Shown here: piece by piece, positions 25,658-42,366 of the stretch | Position numbering within the stretch: position 1 is the first letter of the stretch | How the letters are laid out: every line of letters begins with the position of its first letter | Source: Octopus sinensis | Taxonomy: Eukaryota | Length of the DNA stretch: 64,000 bases | NCBI RefSeq assembly: GCF_006345805.1 | Contig: NC_043006.1 | Span: forward strand, 46,500,001-46,564,000 | Direction: 5' to 3' | The notes under the pieces: model-generated | Databases searched by the model: none | What the model saw: only the letters and a program-made list of their open reading frames with translations | What the model was told of the DNA's origin: nothing | Position numbers and translations under genes: made by a program

Positions 25658-26953
25658 ATGTATGTGTGTGTATGTATGTGTGTGTGTGTATGTGTGTGTG
25701 TGTGTGTGTGTGTGTCTGTGTTTGTGTGTGTATGTGTGTCTATGGTACATGTTAGGGAATTTGTATATAAAATTATTTTGATGCATTCATTTAGGAACAC
25801 TAATGGTAATTAGAATATTCTTTTGTAACTGCTTCCTTCATGGAATGGAAAGCCAATATTACTATTCAGTGACGCGGATTTCATTTACAAACCCGTGCAA
25901 AACCATCCGCCGTACGCACATACTTTAAGCACATTCATACGTACATTGTTACCATCCTTAAAGCTAAAAGTAAATGTTTGTGTTGATTTATTTTCATCAC
26001 TTGTCAATTATACCCAACTCTAGCAAAGCTGCAATAACTGGCTAGAGAGAATAAATTGTTAAATCCGAATTAACATTAAAATTTAAATTAAGATTGAAAT
26101 TAATACAAAATAAATCCTAAAATTAAAAATATATTTCTGGGTAGAATAAATAAGCGTTAGTGATATTAGAAATGAACAAAATTGAAGTTAAAAACAAGTG
26201 TTGTATAAATAAAATATTAAAAAAAATATCAAATCTTTGTTATTTTGATAGTCTCAAGTGAAATATAATATCTCACTATTGTATTTTGTTTTACGTCATA
26301 TATTTTATTGATTATCTTTACTTCTGGCTGAAATAACGTATCTATAATTTCAGATTCACGAAGAGTAAAAAGTAAATATTGCCATTGGGGATATCTTCTG
26401 CAGCGTAAAACGATAAGAAACTAGAATGCGATAGCAATAATGAAAATACCTTTTAGGCTGCTACTTGTTCTACAAAAGAAATGGGATATTATGCAATGTT
26501 TTCTTAGAAAACTTAATAATAATACAAAATGACAATACGGCAAATATCAATAGGAATCCTAACAGTATCTGAATATAAGAAGAATTTAAAAATTGCTACA
26601 ACTGTATAGGAAACAGGGAATTCTTATTGGCTAGTTATATTTTGATAGATGTTTATAAAGTTCTTGATATTTAAATTGGTATGCGATATTATGAATTTAA
26701 CCATGATTTGAATCTTTATACAGAACTTCATTATGATAAAGTAGTGAATATTGCTTCCAATGTTTTAAGGATTACAAAAACCCTACACTGTATACAGAGT
26801 TGTTCATCGTCTTCAACAGGCATAGGCGAATCTTTTCGATAAGCAGACCGCATGAGACGTGGTTTGTCCTTAGTTCAGCCACCCTACTATGAACGTTCAA
26901 GTAGTGTTATCTGCAATGTGTAGCGAAAGGAATTACTATAGACTTTCTCCTAA

Positions 26954-27380
26954 AGCGGCGAGCTGGCAGAAACGTTAGCACGCCGGGCGAAATGCTTAGC
27001 GTTATTTCGTCTGCCGTTACGTTCTGAGTTCAAAGTCCGCCGAGGTTGACTTTGCCTTTCATCCTTTCGGGGTCGATTAAATAAGTACCAGTTACGCACT
27101 GGAGTCGATGTAATCGCCTTAATCCGTTTGTCTGTCCTTGTTTGTCCCCTCTATGTTTAGCCCCTTGTGGGCAATAAAAAAATAAGAAACTTTAGCACGC
27201 CGGGCGAACGTTTAGTGGCATTTCGTCTGTCTTTACGTCCTGAGCTAAAATTCCGCCGAGGTCGACTTTGCCTTTCATAATTTCGGGGTCGATGAATTAA
27301 ATACCAGTTGCATACTGTAGTCGATCTAATCAACTGCCCCTCTCCCCCAAAATTTTGAGCCTTGTGCCTAGAGCAGAAAA
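26954..27380 (+). mobile_element. SINE family A dimer
   Basis: Two consecutive family A units, first with tail 1, second with tail 2. Confidence 0.9.
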
Positions 27381-27469
27381 TAATATAGATTTTGTCACGG
27401 ACCATATACACCATCAGTTTCAAAGGCCGCTATAGCTTATGTTATTAAAACTGTTTACATGAATGTAGG

Positions 27470-27761
27470 GAAGGCGTATGGCTTTGTGTTTAGGGTATTC
27501 AGCTGACAATCGTAAGGTCGTGAGTTCAATTCCTGACGGCGCGTTCTTTCCTTAGGCAAGACACTTTATTACATGTTGTTCTAGTCCAACGTGTTGTAGC
27601 TGCAATCATCACATTCTGTGTCATGCTGAATGTCCCCGAGAACTACGTTAAGGGTATGCATGTTTCTGGAGTGCTCAGCCACTCGCACGTCAATTTCAAG
27701 GGTAGGCTGCTCTGCCAATCGGATGAGCTTGAACCTTCTTCGTCATAACCGAGGGATTGCC
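27470..27761 (+). mobile_element. SINE family B, tail 2 (old copy)
   Basis: tRNA-like head, ggcaagacactttatt core, tail collinear with the reverse complement of 63685-63987. Confidence 0.75.
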
Positions 27762-28729
27762 ACTTATTACATGGATGTACTCACAGACAATAACAAAAAT
27801 CGCTGTTATCTTGGCAACCATGCCGTTAGCATTGTAGTCCGTTGATTACTTCATCAGACGCCTCCGACGAATTAAGACATTTAAAGGTTAAAAGGGCTTA
27901 AACACGACTAAATAGCGTCGCCTTACCAAATGCTGAGAGAAATTATATCAGCATGGCTACTGGAATTCATACTGATCACGTGATATTTTGGCTGTCAGCA
28001 AGACAGACAATAGTGTTTCTTTTCAGTTGAATGCACTGAGATTCTTACTAATCCTATCCTTGTTTTCAGAAATGAGAATTTGTGCTTTTGCGTCCGTAAA
28101 ACTGTCAAGCATTTGAACTTCCCAGCCCTTCATTAACCAAATACCTTATACACATGTACGTGACTATACTGCACTTAACGAACATGGCAGATTCTGAAGA
28201 TAACGAAGATGACAGATGCTGGTTCATCATTATTATTAAATGATTTGAATATACTGAATTGCCAGAAACAAATGTTTATTTATTTGAAAAGTTTAAAATA
28301 TTTCGTGTCTCGTATTTGTACATAGTTCAAATACAACAATGTCATCTATACCTGTTATTTCGACTTGAACACATAGGGTGGTCTGCAGTAATATACGGTG
28401 ATAGATTTATTTGAAAAAATAAGCGTGTAGAAATTACTTTTGCTTTCAAGCCCTTTGCAGCAGAATTTCGTGAACTTTAGCAAGAAGTGTAGAAACCATT
28501 CATTGAAACACAAGCGTTTTAGAAAGTGTAAATTTGATGTAAGGATGACTAAGAGAACGTAGTTGACGTTATTATGTACGCAATTCTATGGCTTAAATTG
28601 TACCCAAAGAAAACATTCACACGTTTACATACGTAGAGTACATCGACACAAATACACTCTCATAGAAACATAACCGCCATCCATCCATCTATACTTACAC
28701 AGAAATACACACGACACACACATATATAT

Positions 28730-30320
<1,591 letters not shown>

Positions 30321-30989
30321 GTGCTGCTATGAGTACTAGATGGCCACCATGAGAATCAACAATAATATGCGATATGCCAGTAGTAGTTCCAACATCAACA
30401 TCAACACAGATATTATATCCCCAACAAAATAAACACTAGAGATACATCAATAACAACGCCACCACCACGACGAAGCCGTCCACTACCACCACCACCAGCA
30501 TTATCGTCACCATAACCATCATTATCACAATAATCCCTAACATGACAACTATCACAAGTATCCCAATTTCCGTTCCCAAGCTGGAGCACGAATACAACGA
30601 AGATTTCAGTTAGAGACCTCTATTGCCACAACAATGAAGATCAGAACCACAAGCCAACAAAATATTTGTATCTGGTCGTTCCACCTGCTAGAATTACCAA
30701 CTGACTGTTGAACATATAAAACACTAACCACTTGAAAAAGAAGGCCATACAGCTCTAGAAATCCATATTTGTGTTTGGATTGCTTTCAGAATTTCACCAA
30801 GACCTAAATAACGAGAGCACAATCACTATCTTCTATGACCACCATTACTTACTCTGTCATTATCATCTCTCTTACCACCACCACCCCCATCATCACTTCT
30901 ACCACTACTACCACCACCACTACCACCAAAACCACAATCACTGCTACCATCATCATTACCAACTCCATCATCATCCTCATCTTCATTAT

Positions 30990-31305
30990 TTTTATTTATT
31001 TATGCGCCTTTTTCAAGCCTAGCCAGGTTCATGATCCCGGTTTCCCGGTTTCTGTGGCGTATGTGTCCACCCAGCTGGAAGGGACGTCAGTCCATCGCAG
31101 CGTTACACAAGAAACAGGAAAAAAGAGTGAGAGAAAGTTGGGGGCGAAAGAGTACAACAGGGGTCGCTACCACCCCCTGCCGAAGCCTTATGGAGCTTTA
31201 GGTGTTTTCGCTCAATAGACACACACAACGCCCGGTCTGGGAATCGAAACCGCGATCCTCCGACCGCGAGTCCACTGCCCTAACCACTGGGTCATTGCGC
31301 CTTCA
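30990..31305 (-). mobile_element. SINE family G with a different tail
   Basis: Same head and first body segment as 21096-21410, then tail gctgcgatggactg..gaaaccgggaaaccggg..ggctaggcttgaaaaaggcgca(taaa)n. Confidence 0.85.
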
Positions 31306-31784
31306 CCATCTTCATCATAGTTTTCTATATACCAAACTTTATTCATATGACTCTAGTTGACCCCAGACTATTTCGTCTGCCGTTACGTTGTGAGTTCAAA
31401 TTCCGCTGAGGTCGACTTCGCCGTTAATCGTTTCGGGGTCGATTAAATAAGTACCAGTTACGCACTGGGATCGACGTAATCGACTTAATCCGTTTGTCTG
31501 TCCTTGTTTGTCCCCTCTATGTTTAGCCCCTAGTGGACAATAAAGAAATAACAAATATATCTAAAGGGCAATAAAGAAATAAAGCACATTACACGTTAAA
31601 TTTATTCAAAGAATGCAGTGAGTGAAAATAATGATTCCTTGCAGTCTCAGTAACCACGTAATGTGCCTCTGTGGTTCCTTGTACTGTAGTTGCTGTTGTA
31701 TATCTTCGGATATTTACGTGATAATCATTGATGAAGTTGTTTGAAGAATTGAGAGAAAAATATTTCCAGATTTTCTTTTCCACT

Positions 31785-32540
31785 CTAGGAAAAAGGCTTG
31801 AATTTTTGGGGAGGGGGTCAGTTGATTAGATCGAATTCAGCGCGCATCTGGTACTTACTTTATCGACCTCGAAAGGATAAAACGCAAAATCGACCTCGGT
31901 GTAATTTGCACTCAGAAAATAAAGACAAATGAAATACCTATTTCTTTACTACCCACAAGGGGCTAAACACAGAGAGGACAAACAAGGACAGACAAACGGA
32001 TTAAGTCGATTATATTGACCCCAGTGCGTAACTGGTACTTATTTAATCGACCCCGAAAGGATAAGAGGCAAAGTCGACCTCGACGGAATTTGAACTCAGA
32101 ACGTTGCGGCAGACGAAATGCCTATTTCTTTATTGCCCACAAGGGGGCTACACACAGAGGGGACAAATAAGGATAGACAAACGGATTAAATCGATTATAT
32201 CGACCCCAGTGCGTAACTGGTACTTATTTAATCGACCCCCGAAAGGATGAAAGGCAAAGTCGAACTCGGCAGAATTTGAACTCAGAACGCAGCGGCAGAC
32301 GAAATACCTATTTCTTTATTACCCACAAGGGGCTAAACACAGAGGGGACAAACAAGGACAGACATAGGTATTAAGTCGATCACATCGACCCCAGTGCGTA
32401 ACTGGTACTTAATTTATCGACCCCGAAAGGATGAAAGGCAAAGTCGACCTCGGCGGAATTCGAACTCACAACTTAACGCAGACGAAATACCGCTAAGCAT
32501 TTCGCCCTGGGTGCTAACGTGTCTGTCAGCTCGCCGCCTT
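31785..32540 (-). mobile_element. SINE family A tetramer (about 185-bp units); a partial + copy lies at 31375-31550
   Basis: One full head at 32478-32538, then three units restarting at the same internal point (junctions near 32309, 32123, 31939). Confidence 0.9.
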
Positions 32541-33659
32541 AAATATTTCCGGATATTGACTGATATGAAAAATTGTAGATATTAAATTGTTCATCTCATG
32601 ATTTTTCTTTTTTTGTATTTGGTTTGTGATACTCTTGTACTCGTGTGCTGAGATATGTTTTGCGGTACCTCGGAAGCGTCATTGGGCTAATATTTTCATT
32701 AATGAGTTGACGAATAACATCGAAACGACTCTGACAAACCTCGCTGATTGAATGACTGACCGAACGATTAAATTGCAAACCAAGTACGCGCGTGTTTATT
32801 ATTGGCGTAATGCCCCTCCCTCGATACAACGAAATTGTTAATATTGTTTTTGTTCTTCGGTCACACGAAATACAACATGACTATGGCTTTGTCTCTAAGA
32901 ATTCATTTTATAACTCTGTGCATACGAGATCGACTCCCTCCACAAATATGAAGTCCACTGCCTATTTACAACAGTTTTTTCAACATTTCTCCTAACTCAA
33001 GAACATCCATCGATCTAACTGTAAGCGACTATGCTCACCGGAGCTGCAGGAGGTTGGATAGCGCTGTCTTCTCATTTTGTGTAAAGCTATCCCTTGGCTT
33101 ATTGTTTGTCTGAGAGTGCAATGTTTCTCATATCCTTTCATCGACTTCGAAAGCCTCGAGGGCCAAAATATAGTAGTAAACAAGAACGATGCCAAGTTGG
33201 GACATAGCGAAAGTTACCTGAATATCACGACGGATTTTCTGTGCACCATTCTACCGAATATGCTCATCAAGCTATTGAGAGCCAAAGTAGATGGATTTAT
33301 TTTATTAGAAAACTCTGATAGCAATAGCAGTCTCATCGTATCATAAACAAATGATGATGCGGACTCAGTAAAGTGGTTCTTGACAAAGTATGTTTGAACA
33401 GAACAGAAAAGGCGATGTTCAAGGCTGGAAATGTTTACAACGATAGGTTTAACTGATATGGGCTGGCTTGAGGCTAACCCAAAGAAGAATCAAACAACAA
33501 CAACAACAATATGAAACGCCCATAATATAATAAATTAATCAGATGCCTTTCCTGGAAAGATTCTAAATCTATTGTAAAGTGTCTAAGAGAATTGACAATT
33601 TATGGCAACATATGTCAAAGCAAAATTCACTAACAAAACACATATACACACGGGCATTC

Positions 33660-33752
<93 letters not shown>

Positions 33753-33768
33753 CATATATACTCTCAAT

Positions 33769-33848
<80 letters not shown>

Positions 33849-33874
33849 CTCTATCTATATATATATATATACAT

Positions 33875-33907
<33 letters not shown>

Positions 33908-33908
33908 A

Positions 33909-34064
33909 GTGGCTGTGTGGTAAGTAGCTTGCATACCACCCACATGGTTCTGCGTTCAGTCCCACTGTGTGGCACTTTGGGCACTATAGCCTCGGGCTGA
34001 CCAAAGCCTTGTGAATAGATTTGGTAGTGGGAAGCTGAAAGAAGCCCTTCGTATATATATATAT

Positions 34065-34102
<38 letters not shown>

Positions 34103-34382
34103 ATTATATATATATGTGTGTGTTGTGTGTGTGGCATGGTGTGTGTGTCTATGTGCGTGCGTGTGAGTGCGTACATGTGTGCGCGCGCGAGCGTGTCTGA
34201 ATGTATAGTTGTGTGTTTGTGTTTGTTCCCCTTCCCAACGTAACTTAGCGCTTCGGCAAAAACAAACCGATAGAATAAGTACTAGGCTTACAAAGAATAA
34301 GTCGTGGGGTCGATTTGTTCGACTAAAGGCGGTGCTCCAGTACGGCCGCAGTCAAATGACTGAAACAAGTAAAGAGAGAGTG

Positions 34383-34413
<31 letters not shown>

Positions 34414-34590
34414 CACTTTCAATTATATATATATATATATATATATAATAATTAGCGGTTCGGCAAAAGAGACCGATAGAATAAGTACTGGGCTTACAAA
34501 GAATAAGTCCCGGGGTCGAGTTCCTCAATTAAATGTGGTTCTCCAGCATGGCCGCAGTCAAATGACTGAAACAAGTAAAAGAGTAAAGAG
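33909..34590 (+). mobile_element. SINE family C (33909-34380) plus a duplicated 3' part (34452-34590)
   Basis: Family C match; tail repeated after an (AT)n tract. Confidence 0.9.
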
Positions 34591-35261
34591 TATATATATA
34601 TATATATGTTTACGTATTCTTTCATGTACATATGTAAATGGCTGAAAAGTAAGGAAACATTATGTGCCACCTTTTTTGTAAGAATGACACAAATTACAAC
34701 CATCATCCAGCATCACAGGAAGACTATCTTTGTAACACTGTGATTAAAATAATTAAAAGAAAATCAACAAAATAATCATACCTAAGCAACGATTATTAAA
34801 TGTTGACTATGAATAAAACACACACAAATAAAAAACCAAACCACATATATATTTATGCATAAATATCGATTTTATTTACTTCGATATTATAAGTGCTCGC
34901 GCACAGACAAACGCATACACAAACGTACACACTCAAACACGCACACTCTCACACGCAGTTACACATATACATAACCCCATAGACATATATGCCATATGCT
35001 CACACATATACAAGACAAGCTGACAAGGAATAATAATCAAAACAGATGACAAAGTATAGGGTAATATTAATAGACACATAAAAATATATGTTTATGTTTT
35101 AAGGAATAGAACTATATACACGCGCGTAGACACATATGTATACACGCATATAGACGTGCCCATACGTATGTATGCATATATACACATTCATATATATGTA
35201 TACACTATATACATATATACACTATATATATATATATATCCATACATATCGACAAATATAC

Positions 35262-35292
<31 letters not shown>

Positions 35293-36216
35293 TGGATGTA
35301 TATATGTGTATGCATCTATACATACAAACACACACACTCTCACACGCACACTCTCACACGCACACTCTCACACGCACATATATCTATGACATACACAGCT
35401 AAAAAAAATATAAGATCAAAGAAAGAGACTATCTAAATCTTATTTCAAAAATAAAATATAAAAATGTTAAAGATATACAATCACAACCTGACAATTATAT
35501 AAAGTAGAATGAAGACGTTTCCAAATTTGATATCTTAAGCTGCAAACTTCATTCCCTCGCTATTTTTACTTTGGCAATACTGATAAAATGGAAGGGAAAA
35601 CATAAAGTATTATCTATGTTTAATTCAGACATTTATCGCGTGTCTTTTAGCAGTGTAGAATAGGTTTTCTTCTCTATCTTATCTTGCAAAGAATACTAAA
35701 CTGCAGGTGATTACCTCATCAAATAGACGACATCAAATACAACCAGATATTTTTCATAGATAACTTCTATTTATTAACAGTCTTAATGGCCAAAAAAACC
35801 CATGACAAAAGGAACAAAAAAAATATTTAGAACAGCTAAGAAAAAAATAACAATTTGAAAGGAAGTGAGAATAAAGGAATAAAAAAACCCGTCATGTTGA
35901 ATCAATTAAAAATCTCTGAAGTCTGATGTTCTTTGATTTGGATATTTCAATGTTTGGTTGGCAATTTGCAGGGCTTGTTCACTGGATTGTTGGTTGGTTT
36001 CCATAAAATAAGTACTCTATTACCAGATAAGAAGATGAAAATACAAATACACTAGAAAATATAAAAAATGGGATATCGCTCACTTCATTCTCCTTCAGAA
36101 TATGTGCGCTCCTGTGTGTTCGTGTCCTGTACGCGCCTATATATATATGTATGTATGTAAGTATGTATATGTATGTATGTATGTATGTATGTATATATAT
36201 TATATATATATATATT

Positions 36217-36282
<66 letters not shown>

Positions 36283-37134
36283 TGAGATGGTAAGGCAGTT
36301 AAATAGAAAGAGAGAGAAAAATGGAAAAAAGAAGGCAGCAAAACAAGAAGAAATAAATTGGACTATATTCATAAATATCACTTCGTCTTTGCATGCACAC
36401 ACATACACAAACACGGACGTGCATATGCTCATATGTGTGTATGTGTGCCTGTGTTTTGGGGTGTGTTGGAGTGTATTACACAGTACATGATGACACTTAT
36501 CTTTCATTTACAGTATGGTCATATCTGTGTATAGAACTTTATTAAAGATAAATCGTTGCAACATTTACTCATATATATTTTATAGCCATAGTAGATTAAC
36601 AAGGCTATGATTTTTGGGGGGAATTTTCTTTACAACAATAAAATATACACCAGGAGAAATACCGCACTCCGCGATGTTTTCTACTACTCGTTAGATAATA
36701 TTTAAATTTTATTTCAGATATGCATATCTTTTCTGATATATTACGCATAATCTTGATATGCATCTTTTATCGTCTGATAGCGCTCACTCGCTCAAAATAG
36801 AACTTTAAAATATGGCAAGGACACTAAAACAGCATTAAAATTTATGAAGAAATCAGGTATTATGTTCACTTATTTTATCCACATTAAATCACCATTTTAT
36901 CGAATACATGCATATCACATGTTTTCATTGCTCTAAAGGATAGTGATATGGAATGCATATCTAGAATATACCGGAAAAAAATTAGATTAAAATACGTACT
37001 ATTGTTTCGAATACATGTTATCTGCATTACGTTTCCGTCAAAATATATATCTCTTTTACTCTCTTTTACTTGACATCAGCAACTCAGAATATCCAGGAAT
37101 CCAAACTTATCGGACAATTGGAGCTATTCTGTCT

Positions 37135-37340
<206 letters not shown>

Positions 37341-37846
37341 GCATACATACATACATGTATTTCCATACACACACATGCATACATACATACACATAAATAC
37401 GTACACTCATACATACATAGATATATACTACGTACATACGTACACACATACACACAAATACGTAGATACATACGCACGCCCACACACAAACACACCCACA
37501 TACGCTCTCACGCGCACACACACATATATGTATATATAGGACTACATGCAATCCTTAATTCTTTTATAGAACTGTAGGATGAGGTTTCTTGGTGATTGTG
37601 TTTCTATTTTTGTAAATATTTACGCGAGTACATAGTCATTATCATTCAGTCATTAAATCCTTGATTATTTAACAATGAATCTGAGATAGATCTAGATGCT
37701 ATTTCTAGCAGGGCGCGAGACCATATAGAAATGAACCAAGATGGGTGTACAATCATAGTCGCGTGACCTTTTAGATAGAATATCGAAATCTCTTAGAAGT
37801 CACAGCGTACCACCTGTGTGGGTGTTTATCGATACAAACCACATAA

Positions 37847-38365
37847 GTAAAAGACAGAATGGCCCGACTGGAACGCCTCTGATCATAGCTTGATGCTAAC
37901 CAATGTCTAACAACAGCAATAACCGTGTTGAAGCGCCGTTTTTGGCTCCGTCATAAATTTGTTGTTAGTTAAATGTAAAAGACAGAATGGCCACGACTGG
38001 AACGCCTCTGATCATAGCTTGATGCTAGCCAATGTTTAAACAACAACAACCGTGTTGAAGCTCCGTTTTTGGCTCCGTCATAAAATAGTTGTTAATTAAA
38101 TGTAAAAATCAGGATGGCCACGAGTGGAACGCCTCTGATCATAACCTGATGCTAGCCAATGGCTAAACAACAACAACCGTGTTGAAGCTCCGTTTTTGGC
38201 TCCGTCATAAAATAGTTGTTAAGTAAACGTAAAAATCAGAATGGCCACGACTGGAACGCCTCTGATCATAGCTTCATGCTAACCAATGTCGAACAATAGC
38301 AATAACTGTGTTGAAGCTCCGTTTTTGGCTCCATTCATAAAATAGTTGTTAATTGAATGTAGAGA
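37847..38365 (+). repeat. Tandem repeat, 4 units of 127-128 bp
   Basis: Units begin agaatggcc(a)cgactggaacgcctctgatcat at 37856, 37984, 38111 and 38238. Confidence 0.95.
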
Positions 38366-38935
38366 GAATGAGACATATCTATTATTCAAGGTGGCGCATT
38401 TTCATCGTATTTTATTTTAACTTCTTAATTAATAGATACTGCTCTGACTCATTAGTATGGCAATATAGTTAATATAAGCTTCAGAGTTATTACTTTCGTT
38501 AGTCAATTTGCATCGAGTTAGGCGAACATCGGTTTGACTTGACATCAGCTAATTCTATTGAGTGATCAATTATAACAAGTTTAGTTTCGTTTAATTAAGG
38601 TTCTGTGCAAAACTACTGGACAATCTGTAAGCCAGTTAAGGTAATTACAGCAAACTAATATAAACAATGTCACATCAGAGGACCCACCACTTGTATTCAT
38701 TAATTTTTCAGTAGGCACGACAGTATATTAGCATATTTGCATAAATCTACTTGTCCGTAACTTCTCATTATAAACCCGTCCGTTTCCCAAATCTCCCCGT
38801 TTATCTTACTGTGTTTCTCTATCTCTCTCCCTCTTTCTATTTGTACACACACACACACAAACAAACAGATATATATATAATGCAGCATACATACGTATAC
38901 ATACATCATTCATCATACATATGTATGTATATATA

Positions 38936-38992
<57 letters not shown>

Positions 38993-39155
38993 GTGTGTGT
39001 GTGTGTGTGTATGTAGGTGTGCATGTATCTATAGATACACATATTCGTGCATACATATATGTGAATACACTCACACAGGATTAATCATTGACAAATGCAC
39101 TTACTAACTTACAAATGCACTTACAAGTTTGTACTTAATGATATATATATATATA

Positions 39156-39204
<49 letters not shown>

Positions 39205-39625
39205 ACGCACAACTGAGGTTATTGAAATACTAGTTGAAGAATCCAAGAATCCTATTCGTTCTAACGTAATGTAAATTTTACAAAATTAGTTGCAAATTAA
39301 TTAAAATGAATTTCAATATATTGATTTTCTGAAGAACTTCGACTATAAGAAATAAAAAAAATATAACAGTTTAATGAACAATCAAGCTCTATCTCATGAT
39401 ATATTCTCTTGCATAATATTCTAATTAAACGAAATCGACTGAAATCTTATATTATATTTATATTTTACAGCAAGCATTAACTACTATTATGGATAAACAC
39501 TAACTATTGTTCAGGTTTCCTTACTGAAAGATTTAAATTTGTTATTCCTAATTCGTACACTCGGAATAATAACTAATATCGTATAATATATAGATACATA
39601 TTATACATATACATATATATATATA

Positions 39626-39671
<46 letters not shown>

Positions 39672-39742
39672 ATAGAAAGTAAGACAACAAAAGCATAAAG
39701 AGACCTCGATATTATGTAATAGAGAAATTTATCTGTAAATAC

Positions 39743-40074
39743 ATGTGACAATTATTCGGTAGCCATGATAAAACTCCGAGTTTCGGATGTCGGGGCAGAA
39801 ACCAACGCCGATATCTCTTCAGTTATCCGGCCATCGAAAAATGACTGCTATGAAAATGACTGTTAAACAAAGGGAAATTACTGTGTGATTGACCGTCAAT
39901 CTAATAGCTCTTTTGTCTTAATAACAGTCAATCACACAGTAATTTCCCTTTGTTTAACGGTCCTTTTCATAGCATTTTTTCAATGGCCGGATAAATGAAG
40001 AGATGGCGGCGCGGGTTTCTGCCCCGTCATCCGAAACTGGGAGTTTCATCATGGCTACCGAATAATCGTCACAT
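39743..40074. mobile_element. Foldback/MITE, about 150-bp arms, 33-nt spacer
   Basis: atgtgacaattattcggtagcc.. / ..ggctaccgaataatcgtcacat; arms align throughout. Confidence 0.85.
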
Positions 40075-40108
40075 ATTATCTACAGATATATATATATATA
40101 TATATATA

Positions 40109-40150
<42 letters not shown>

Positions 40151-40158
40151 GGGTGTGG

Positions 40159-40200
<42 letters not shown>

Positions 40201-41298
40201 ATATGTATATATTGTACGAAAGATGCCGTATCCATTTATTTTTCTTGGTCTGTGGGAAGACCATTGATATTAGTGCTTGAGAGATGCCTTTTTTCCTGGA
40301 CTCTAAATGAATGATTTGCAAAATTGACGGAGCAAGTTTGATTTCAGAACGTGAAAATATTTTACCATGCGTTCTATTGACTCTGACGATCCATGACGCC
40401 ATAATAATTTCATTGTGTTATTACATAGAAGCAAAGATCTGATCTTTCGGGGAAGCAAACCGTCAACTCTGATATGCGGTTGATATTTTAATATATTAAC
40501 ATCGGAAAGATAAAAGAAGCTTTAAACCTCAGCTGGTTTTGAACGCAGAATGTAAAAAACAAAACGAAATTAAAACAAAATTTTAAAAGAACACAATAAT
40601 TATGCTTATACGTATCCTGTCGGATCTTTCAGAGTCACTTGACTGCAGGCATCCCTTCGTTGCTTTTCACATCCAGGACCGATATCGTACCATATTGGTC
40701 GAAGGATACCAACCCTATCACGAGGTTCTGGCCTGGTGTAGTACTTGGACCGACAGCCGTTACCTCTGGACCGAAATCTGTTACCTAGCCGTTGTATTTT
40801 TTGCCGTGACCGACTCCATGCCTTGCTGGTTGTGGATGGATGATGGGATCATTTCGTCTTATGGCCCGCCCCTGGGAATGTGCATGGTGTAATTTCATGT
40901 ACCGATTTAGATGTGCATGGTGTTATCTTCGGATTGAAAGCCATCATGATATTCAGTCCTTACTTCAATCTTTTAAGATATTTCCTTCCACATATGTGAG
41001 AGCTGTGTCGTATAACCTGGGTGATGAACCTTAGGATGTTCCTCTCATCAGCCTCTACAACACACAGTTCCCAGTATTGCTTTATCCTCTTGCATAGTCA
41101 TTTCAATCGTATCGTCAAAATTTATATTCTGCGACTAACATTGCATTACGAAGCTAAATACAGGTTACCCCTCCGCATTGTCATATATGTTAGCCTAAAT
41201 TATGCGGAACTATCTTATGAGCAGCTGTAGAGAATATTATTTGGAGTATATTTTTACCCCCGTCACCTTTTTCAAAAACGTTTCGTAAATGTATATAT

Positions 41299-41345
<47 letters not shown>

Positions 41346-41909
41346 ATATATATATTCTTCTTTAACTAAGGAGATATTTCACTTCAAATATCTGCCAGCG
41401 CTATTTTCAATTCGTTTTTTAAACGGGTCAAAAATAAACTCACTTTTCGCAAGACAGAGGTACATTCCTTTCCCATCCTCATATGCTTCCGGTTCTGGAA
41501 ATCTGGCCAAAGTTCAATGTACAAAATATCGATGTTGTTCCGATCCACCGGGTAAATATTTCACATCGTGAGACATACTTTAAAATTAGACATTAACAAA
41601 AGGCAATTTATCAACGTTCATGTTGAGACGCGAAGCGACAAGTGAATGCATACTGTTGATGTTATTGTCGTTGAATTGACTTGTTAGTGTAGTTATAAGG
41701 TTTATATATTTTATTTCGTGTACATTATTGATATTTTGTGTTACAATCAAGTTCTCGTTCTTCTTTTTCTGTTCTCTGAATATGAAATGTACTATTCTTT
41801 ACATTTTCAGCTTTATTTTGTGGGGTGCTTAGCGTGAAATGTTCATGGCCGCTGCTCACTTTACATTGAGATACGAGGAAAAATTAATTTTTGTCCAAAT
41901 TTTGTCGTA

Positions 41910-42100
41910 GGCGTAGGAGTGGCTGTATGGTAAGTAGCTTACTTACCAACCACATGGCTCCGGGTTCAGTCCCACTGCGTGGCACTTCGGGCAAGTGTTT
42001 TCTACTATAGCCTCGGGCCGACCAAAGCCTTGTGAGTGGATTTGGTAGACGGAAACTGAAAGAAACCCGTCCTTAATATATATAATATAATATATATATA

Positions 42101-42141
<41 letters not shown>

Positions 42142-42366
42142 GTATGTGGTGTATATATTTGTGTGTCTGTGTTTGTGCCCCAACATCACTTGACAACCGA
42201 TGCTGGTGCGTTTACGTCCCTGTAACTTAGCGATTCGCGAAAGAGACCGATAGAATAAGTACTAGGCTTACAAAGAATAAGTCTTGGGGTCAATTTGCTC
42301 GACTAAAGGCGGTGCTCCAGCATGGCCACAGTCATATGACTGAAACAAGTAAAGGAGTAAAAGAGT
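41910..42366 (+). mobile_element. SINE family C, full length
   Basis: Starts ggcgtaggagtggctgtatggtaag; complete tail. Confidence 0.92.

Noticed and set aside
26320-26470. Minus frame LIVLRCRRYPQWQYLLFTLRESEIIDTLFQP resembling GPCR TM1-TM2
   Set aside because: In-frame stop, no GN or LAxxD motif and no downstream TM3; compatible with chance.
32590-33350. Possible decayed Penelope RT (FDV, EKTAL) on the minus strand
   Set aside because: Motifs are fragmentary and fall in different frames; cannot be supported without a search.
37847-38365. CRISPR-like appearance of tandem arrays (also the SINE A multimers)
   Set aside because: Units repeat in full with no unique spacers, no cas genes are present, and the context is eukaryotic.
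40600-41100. GC-richer stretch, perhaps an RTE-type LINE C-terminus
   Set aside because: Only vague motif similarity; left unannotated.
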